Assembly (NCBI GenBank): GCA_963792675.1
Contig: CAWBWT010000008.1
Coordinates: 771-64,770, forward strand
Reading direction: 5' to 3'
DNA from: an uncultured Alphaproteobacteria bacterium
Lineage (GTDB): Bacteria > Pseudomonadota > Alphaproteobacteria > Acetobacterales > Acetobacteraceae
Length of the DNA: 64,000 nucleotides
Part shown: positions 58,319-64,000 of the stretch, in pieces
Numbering within the stretch: the stretch's first letter is position 1
Layout of the letters: each line of letters opens with the position of its first letter
Made by a program: the position numbers and the translations under genes
Notes under the pieces: model-generated
Seen by the model: the letters and a program-made list of their open reading frames with translations, nothing else
Database searches by the model: none
What the model was told of the DNA's origin: nothing

Positions 58319-59341
58319 CTACCGGTGATCGGCCTGCCACGCCGCTGCCGCGAGGTCCGCCCCCGACGGCAGCCAATCCGCCGGCTGCTCGATCCAGCCG
58401 ATGATGTCCCCGGTCGGCGCCGCCCGCCCCTTGTCGCGCAGCAGCAGATGGTAGCCCCCCGGATACAACGCCCGCCGCACTCCCGCCGGCATCCGCGCCC
58501 AGGCCCGCCCCATCGCCTCCGCCGGCACCAGCGTATCCCGCGCCCCATACAACGCCAGCACCCGCCCATGCAGGAACGGCGCCGCCGCCTGCGCCTCGTC
58601 CATCAGATCCGTCAGCCCGCGCAGCGCATCGAACCGCGTCCGCCGGATCGTCAGCGGATCCCGCGCCAGCCGAATCAGCGCCTCCCGGTTGTCGCTCGCC
58701 ACCACCCGCAGCGGCACCTCCGCCCCCGTGACGCTCAGCCCCGGCGCCAACCCCGACACCAGCCACAACCCGCCGCTCAACGCCGGCCCCATCTGCTGCC
58801 GCCCCCACACCGCCGGCGACAGCAGGATCCACCCATCCACCGCCGGCGCATCCGGCCGCGCCGCCACCGTCATCAGCACCGCCCCGCCCATGCTCTCGCC
58901 CATCGCATACAGCGGCACCCCGGGATACCGCGCCCGCAGGCTCCGCAGCATCGCCACCACGTCGTCCCCCAGCACCTCGGCGCCCGCCCAGGTCCCCCGC
59001 ATCGGCGCCGCCCCGAACCCCCGCTGATCCGGCGCGAACACCGCGATCCCAGCCGCCGTGAACTGCGGCGCCGGGATCTCCCACGCGTCCCGACTGTCGT
59101 TGAACCCGTGCAGCGCCAGCACCACCGCCCTCGGCGCTTCCGGAGGCAACCAAGTCCGCACCGGCAGCCGAGCCCCGTCCGGCATCGTGAACGTCTCGTC
59201 CGCCTGCAGCAGCGCCCCCGGCAACGGCGGCAGCGCCACGCCATACCGCGGCAGCCCGGTGCACGCCGTCAGCGCCAGCAGAAGGAGAAGCGGCCGCAGC
59301 CGGGCCAGCAAGGTTGAACTCACGGCGGCCACGCGTATCAT
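58319..59341 (-). CDS. Alpha/beta hydrolase lipoprotein (lysophospholipase / monoacylglycerol-lipase-like)
   Basis: Start ATG at 59341. Lipobox LLLLALTAC. HGFNDS oxyanion region and the nucleophile elbow GESMGG. The ORF-track extension to 59575 is rejected. Confidence 0.8.
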   Translation of the reverse strand: MIRVAAVSSTLLARLRPLLLLLALTACTGLPRYGVALPPLPGALLQADETFTMPDGARLPVRTWLPPEAPRAVVLALHGFNDSRDAWEIPAPQFTAAGIAVFAPDQRGFGAAPMRGTWAGAEVLGDDVVAMLRSLRARYPGVPLYAMGESMGGAVLMTVAARPDAPAVDGWILLSPAVWGRQQMGPALSGGLWLVSGLAPGLSVTGAEVPLRVVASDNREALIRLARDPLTIRRTRFDALRGLTDLMDEAQAAAPFLHGRVLALYGARDTLVPAEAMGRAWARMPAGVRRALYPGGYHLLLRDKGRAAPTGDIIGWIEQPADWLPSGADLAAAAWQADHR

Positions 59342-59371
59342 CACCGCACCCTCAAATCCAACGAGAACCGC

Positions 59372-59578
59372 ATGCCCTTCGGCGCCGACACGCCCCGCCC
59401 GCAACTCGGCACGACCGAGACAATCCACGTCGACAGCCGCACCGTCGCCTGCGACGGCGGTGACGGCCCCCTCGGCCACCCCCGCGTCTGGCTCCACATC
59501 GACCACCAGCAGACCTTCTGCCCCTACTGCTCCCGCATCTTCGTCCTCAACGAGGGCGCCCACGACGATGGACACTAA
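59372..59578 (+). CDS. Small zinc-finger (zf-CHCC-like) protein
   Basis: 68 aa with C..(D)GG...HPRVWL...CPYC. This class of small protein commonly precedes polA in alphaproteobacteria (recall). It overlaps the polA start by 11 nt. Confidence 0.65.
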   Translation: MPFGADTPRPQLGTTETIHVDSRTVACDGGDGPLGHPRVWLHIDHQQTFCPYCSRIFVLNEGAHDDGH

Positions 59579-62394
59579 CGCGGGTCAGGCGCCGCCGGCC
59601 CCAGCGGGTGCAAGGACAGAGCCCTCGGAACACCTGATCCTCATCGACGGATCCGGCTTCATCTTCCGCGCCTTCCACGCCCTCCCGCCCATGACCCGGC
59701 CCGACGGCACCCCCGTCAACGCCGTCTTCGGCTTCACCAACATGCTCGCCCGCCTCCTCCAGAATCACGAAGGCACCCACCTAGCCGTCGTGTTCGACGC
59801 CGGCCGAACCACCTTCCGCAACGACCTCTACGACCGCTACAAAGCCCAGCGCCCCGAGCCCCCGCCCGAGCTCGTCCCCCAATTCGCCCTCGTCCGCGAC
59901 TGCACCGCCGCCTTCGGCGTCCCCGCGGTCGAGCTCCCCACCTGGGAAGCCGACGACCTCATCGCCTCCTACGCCTGCGCCGCCACCGCCGCCGGCTGGC
60001 GCACCACCATCGTCTCCTCCGACAAGGACCTGATGCAGCTCATCGGCGACCGCGTCGTCATGCAGGACCCGATCAAGCAAAAACCCATCGGCCCCGCCGA
60101 GGTCCTGGAGAAATTCGGCGTCCCCCCCAGCCTCGTCGTCGAAGTCCAGGCCCTCATGGGCGACAGCGTCGACAACATCCCCGGCGTCCCCGGCATCGGC
60201 CCCAAAACCGCCTCCCAGCTCATCCAGGAGCACGGCACCGTCGAAGCCGTCCTCGCCGCCGCCCCCGCCATGAAACCCAGCAAGCGCCGCGACATGCTCA
60301 TCGAGCACGCCGAAGCCGCCCGCATCTCCCGCCGCCTCGTCGAGCTCGCCTGCGACGTCCCCCTCCCCCTCCCGCTGGAAGACCTCCGCGCCAAGGACCC
60401 CGACCGCCAAACCCTCACCGCCTGGCTCCACGCCATGGGCTTCCGCTCCACCGCCATCCGCCTCGGCTACGAAGGCGGCGCCCCCCCACCACCCTCGCCC
60501 GAGCCCGCCGAACTCGAAGCCCCGCCCGAACAGCCCCCCTTCGGCCCCTACGAGCTCGTCACCACCGAAGCACAACTCGCCGCCTGGATCGCCGAAGCCC
60601 GCACCGCCGGCGCCGTCGCCCTCGACGTCGCCCTCGACGGCCCCCGCGCCATGCGCGCCACCCTCGTCGGCCTCTCCCTCGCCACCGCCCCCGGCCGCGC
60701 CTGCTACCTCCCCCTCCGCCACCGCCTGCCCGACGGCGCCAACCAGCTCGGCCTCGACCCCGCCGCCCCCGAGCCCCCGCCCCCCCTGCAGCAGCTCGAC
60801 CCCGACGCCGCCCTCGCCGCCCTCCGCCCCCTCCTGCAAGACCCGGCCATCCTCAAGATCGCCCACGACGCCAAGCACGTCCTCGAAGCGCTCGCCAGAG
60901 TCGGCACCGGGGCCTCCCCGGTCGACTGCGCCATGCTCATCTCCTACGCCCAGGGCACCGGCGCCCACGGCCACGGCCTCGACGAGCTCTCCGTCAAAAA
61001 CCTCGGCCACAAGCCCACCCCGCTCGACGCCATCACCGGCACCGGCCGCGCCCGCCTGCCCATCGCCCTCGTCCCCCCCGACCGCGCCGCCGCCCACGCC
61101 GCCGAGGCCGCCGACGTCGCCCTCCGCCTCTGGCGCCTCCTCCGCCCCCGCCTCCGCCCCGCCCGCTCCCTCGCCATCTACGAGCACCTCGAGCGCCGCC
61201 TCATCCCCGTCCTCCTCGCCATGGAGCAAGCGGGAATAAAACTCGACGAAACCGAGCTCCGCCGCATGTCCGCCGACTTCGCCACCCGCATGGCCGTCAT
61301 GGAAACCGAAATCCACGCCATGGCCGGCCGCCCCTTCAACCTCGGCAGCCCCAAAGCCCTCGGCGAAATCCTGTTCGACGAAATGAAACTCCCCGGCGGC
61401 CGCCGCATGGCCACCGGCGCCTGGGGCACCGACGTCAACGTCCTCACCACCCTCGCCGAGCAAGGCCACGACCTCCCCGCCCGCATCATCGACTGGCGCC
61501 AGCTCAGCAAGCTCCGCTCCACCTACACCGAAGCCCTCGTCGCCGAGATCAACCCCGAAACCGGCCGCGTCCACACCTCCTACGCCCAAGCCATCGCCAG
61601 CACCGGCCGCCTCTCCAGCAACGACCCCAACCTCCAAAACATCCCCATCCGCACCGAGGAAGGTGCCGCCATCCGCAAAGCCTTCGTCGCCGAGCCCGGC
61701 CACGTCCTCGTCTCCGCCGACTACAGCCAGATCGAGCTCCGCCTCCTCGCCCACATGGCCGACATCCCGCCCCTCCGCGAGGCCTTCGAAACCGGCCAGG
61801 ACATCCACACCCGCACCGCGTCCGAAGTCTTCGGCGTCCCCGTGGCCGGCATGGACCCCTCGACCCGCCGCCGCGCCAAGGCCATCAACTTCGGCATCAT
61901 CTACGGCATCTCCGCCTTCGGCCTCGCCCGCCAACTCTCCATCGAGCCCGGCGAAGCCAAGCTCTACATCGACGCCTATTTTGAAAAATACCCCGGCATC
62001 CGCACCTACATGGAGCGCACCAAGGAGGAAGCCCGCATCCACGGCTACGTCCTCACCCCCTTCGGCCGCCGCTGCTGGGTCCCCGGCATCACCGAGAAAA
62101 CCCCCCACCGCCGCGCCTACGCCGAGCGCCAAGCCATCAACGCCCCCCTCCAAGGCGGCGCCGCCGACATCATCAAGCGCGCCATGGTCCGCCTCCCCGC
62201 CGCCCTCGCCGCGGCCGGCCTCCGCGCCCGCCTGCTGCTGCAGGTCCACGACGAGCTGCTGTTCGAAGCACCCGCATGCCGAAGCCGCCGCCACCGCGTC
62301 CCTGGCGCAGGACGTGATGCAGCGCGCGGCGTCGATCCGGGTGCCGCTGGTGGTGGAGACGGGGGTGGGGCTGAACTGGTCGGCGGCGCACTAA
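59568..62394 (+). pseudogene. polA: DNA polymerase I. Frame disruption near 62274-62280, about 120 nt before the stop, possibly a sequencing indel.
   Basis: 5'-nuclease N-terminus HLILIDGSGFIFRAFHALPPMTRPDGTPVNAVFGF. Polymerase motifs RVHTSYAQAIASTGRLSSNDPNLQNIPIR, SADYSQIELRLLAH, RRAKAINFGIIYG and LLLQVHDELLFEAP. After LFEAP the frame is lost. The canonical tail AEAAATASLAQDVMQRAASIRVPLVVETGVGLNWSAAH* is in the frame of ORF 61663..62394. Confidence 0.9.
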
Positions 62395-62397
62395 GCG

Positions 62398-62449
62398 TCA
62401 GGGCGCTGCCCTGAACCCGCTGGGGCCAGCGGCCCCAGACCCGCAAAAC
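62398..62449. repeat. Two consecutive GC hairpins immediately after polA. The second lies inside copy 2 of the 44-nt REP-like repeat (62406-62449).
   Basis: Hairpin 1 is tcagggc-gct-gccctga (62398-62414). Hairpin 2 is ctggggcc-agc-ggccccag (62420-62438). There is no U-tract. 40 of 44 positions match 28722-28765. Confidence 0.7.
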
Positions 62450-62481
62450 TTGCCTCTGATCCACCGATTAGAGGTTTGACA

Positions 62482-63072
62482 ATGATCGTCAATGAGGTTT
62501 TCAAACTACCTGACCTGGAGCATCGTCCAAGGTCAAATTCGCGTCCGAGGAACTTTGACCAAATGTCGGTTTTGCTATACCTAGACGCCGTAAAAGATAG
62601 CACCTATGGAATAGTGTTGCTTGGTGCCATCGGCAGCTTAATCGCCACGATGTTGGCGTTTCTCACCAAATATCTCATAGATCGGAACACACGCCTAAAC
62701 AAAGCAACCCACTGGAATTTTGGTTGGATGAGTAAATTCTGCTCAGATGACGTGGGGCATCATCCTATATACCTAACATTCGTAGCAGCCCATGTTGCAA
62801 AAATCGCTATCCAATGCACCTCCTGTATATTTTTTATCTTACTAGCCCAGAGCACCCTTGTTTACTATCCGTCCGTTTTGTTTTACATAGTTCCGGTTGT
62901 TTGTCTCTCGTTAGCAGTATTGTTTTTCATGCGTGCTGTGTCTGACTATAAGGCCCTCCGTGGCAGTTATCGTCACTGGATAGATGAGCTTGACCGTGAG
63001 GATCGTAAGGCAGTTCGCAGCCTGAAAAAAGCTACTCTCAATAACAGTCCAAATCTCATTGAGAGAGAATAA
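62482..63072 (+). CDS. Hypothetical membrane protein (about 3 TM) encoded in the low-GC island
   Basis: ATG at 62482 with GAGG 7 nt upstream (the track start is TTG 62476). A/T-rich codon usage unlike the rest of the window. TM segments: YGIVLLGAIGSLIATMLAFL, IYLTFVAAHVAKIAIQCTSCIFFILLA and VLFYIVPVVCLSLAVLFFM. I recognise no domain. Confidence 0.6.
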   Translation: MIVNEVFKLPDLEHRPRSNSRPRNFDQMSVLLYLDAVKDSTYGIVLLGAIGSLIATMLAFLTKYLIDRNTRLNKATHWNFGWMSKFCSDDVGHHPIYLTFVAAHVAKIAIQCTSCIFFILLAQSTLVYYPSVLFYIVPVVCLSLAVLFFMRAVSDYKALRGSYRHWIDELDREDRKAVRSLKKATLNNSPNLIERE

Positions 63073-63154
63073 ATGACGGTTCTTAATCGTCATCGCAGGT
63101 TGTAGCCAATCGTGAACGACAAGGAGGGACGGCTTTCTCAAACTCGCACTTAAT

Positions 63155-64000
63155 CTACCCTGCGGTTCTTTGCCTTGCGACCCATTGTGTGTGCTCCCGC
63201 GAAAATGCCAACTCCGTGTCATTGACGAAATCCGAAAACGTCTGCTCATTCTCGATTTCCACGATAGCCTCTCTAGCCAGTCCAATCTCGGTAGCCGTCA
63301 TTGTATAGCTGGATGCGAGCTCTGAATGGCGCTTGATCTGGATCCAACCGATTGCACACGTGGCAAAAACTATTACGGGTTCAAGCGGCACGAACCTCCA
63401 AGAAGGGCGTGCAATTCGGGATAGTGCCAAAATAAAAGCTACAACGTACGAAAGTACGGAAATCGCCAACCATATTTTGAATGCCCTGCGGTTCTGTCTT
63501 GCCTTCACGCTGTACCAGAGTTGTTGATCCCTGATTCGGTAATCAATATAGAAATCAACTCTCGACGATAATGGAAGCGTTCTTATCTGTCTCATTGAGG
63601 GTGTTGCTTGATCTCCTGAAACACGTCCGTGGATGTCTCCTCGCATCAACACCGGATTACTTGCCACTACATCCAGAATGCGCCCGGTAAACACCGTAAC
63701 GGCCTGCTGCTCCGAACCTACAGCATTAAACGGGTGCGCTCGCATGGCAAACCGCCAGGCTAGCGTCTTAATGGACTCTGCGCCCGCGCGTGCTTCGTAC
63801 CACTTTCGTTCTGGCGTTAGAAGAGAACGAGTAATTAGTATCGTCAGAGAAATTACGAATACAAGAGCATACCCACAGTAATAAAGTGGATCATTGGAGA
63901 ACTCTACCGAAAAAACAGATGCTAGCAAAAGACTCGCGTACTCACCACGCAGCAGCAAATGATAACTTCGCTGATAGTTTTTTGATAGCTCGTTTGAGGC
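63155..64000 (-). CDS. Tandem 2TM SLATT/DUF4231-like protein (predicted membrane effector). The N-terminus lies beyond the right window edge.
   Basis: The frame stays open upstream of the track start (63958) to position 64000 (...ASNELSKNYQRSYHLLLRGEYAS...). First 2TM hairpin: SLLLASVFSV...YCGYALVFVISLTILI, followed by ERKWYEARAGAESIKTLAWRFAMRA. Second unit: FYIDYRIRDQQLWYSVKARQNRRAFKIWLAISVLSYVVAFILAL...VIVFATCAIGWIQI, followed by ...FSREHTQWVA. The family call is from recall of SLATT/DUF4231 sequence patterns, not an HMM. Confidence 0.6.
   Translation of the reverse strand, partial: ASNELSKNYQRSYHLLLRGEYASLLLASVFSVEFSNDPLYYCGYALVFVISLTILITRSLLTPERKWYEARAGAESIKTLAWRFAMRAHPFNAVGSEQQAVTVFTGRILDVVASNPVLMRGDIHGRVSGDQATPSMRQIRTLPLSSRVDFYIDYRIRDQQLWYSVKARQNRRAFKIWLAISVLSYVVAFILALSRIARPSWRFVPLEPVIVFATCAIGWIQIKRHSELASSYTMTATEIGLAREAIVEIENEQTFSDFVNDTELAFSREHTQWVARQRTAG

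Noticed and set aside
59342-59371. Only 30 nt separate the divergent hydrolase and zinc-finger starts, raising doubt about one of the start codons.
   Set aside because: The hydrolase start at 59341 gives a textbook lipoprotein signal, and the zinc-finger ORF has a single plausible ATG. I kept both and note that the promoters must overlap the coding regions. I cannot resolve this from sequence alone.
62398-62438. Calling the double hairpin after polA a rho-independent terminator.
   Set aside because: Neither hairpin is followed by a U-tract, and the second is part of a repeat element found elsewhere. I therefore annotated it as a REP-like repeat; a terminator role is possible but unsupported.
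62911-63285. 124-aa minus-strand ORF spanning the gap between the two island genes, and small plus-strand ORFs 63333..63527 and 63633..63881.
   Set aside because: They overlap the ends of the two better-supported island ORFs in other frames or antisense, and lack start context or recognisable features.

Overview
Very GC-rich chromosomal segment (about 70% G+C by eye, not computed), most likely from an alphaproteobacterium. High GC creates many long spurious ORFs, so I chose genes by recognisable protein sequence, start context and operon logic.

Gene content, left to right:
- A GspL/PilN-like gene that runs off the left edge and is missing from the ORF track.
- A 7.3-kb gene for a giant secreted haem-peroxidase/RTX/cadherin-Ig protein (MopA-like, frameshifted).
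- A LuxR-type regulator.
- A sugar ABC-transporter operon plus a secreted beta-propeller protein.
- A 3.1-kb gene for a secreted parallel-beta-helix protein with four near-identical carbohydrate-binding-like modules.
- A roughly 20-kb Wzx/Wzy-type exopolysaccharide locus. It encodes an acyltransferase, three GT4 enzymes, a GH10 hydrolase, a PCP, a degenerate BY-kinase-like ATPase, a fatty-acid hydroxylase, a CelD-like GNAT, a WalW-like deacetylase, the flippase, the polymerase, a heparinase II/III-like protein, the priming transferase and a methyltransferase.
- A second sugar ABC transporter, a Cache-GGDEF cyclase and peptidyl-dipeptidase Dcp.
- An acid-sugar module: lactonase, DUF1537-type kinase, PdxA-family dehydrogenase and Gfo/Idh/MocA oxidoreductase.
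- A seven-gene Mbh-like short Mrp antiporter operon.
- tRNA-Arg(CCG), a lipoprotein hydrolase, a zinc-finger protein and polA.

At about 62,450 the composition drops abruptly to low GC. This island runs off the right edge. It encodes an unknown 3-TM protein and a tandem 2TM SLATT/DUF4231-like predicted membrane effector. I consider it the best candidate for an undescribed conflict/defence system, but its likely partners lie beyond the window.

Five otherwise intact genes each carry one frame disruption: the peroxidase, an ABC permease, the WalW-like gene, wzx and polA. These are either assembly indels or true pseudogenes.

I saw no rRNA, CRISPR array, transposase or integrase.
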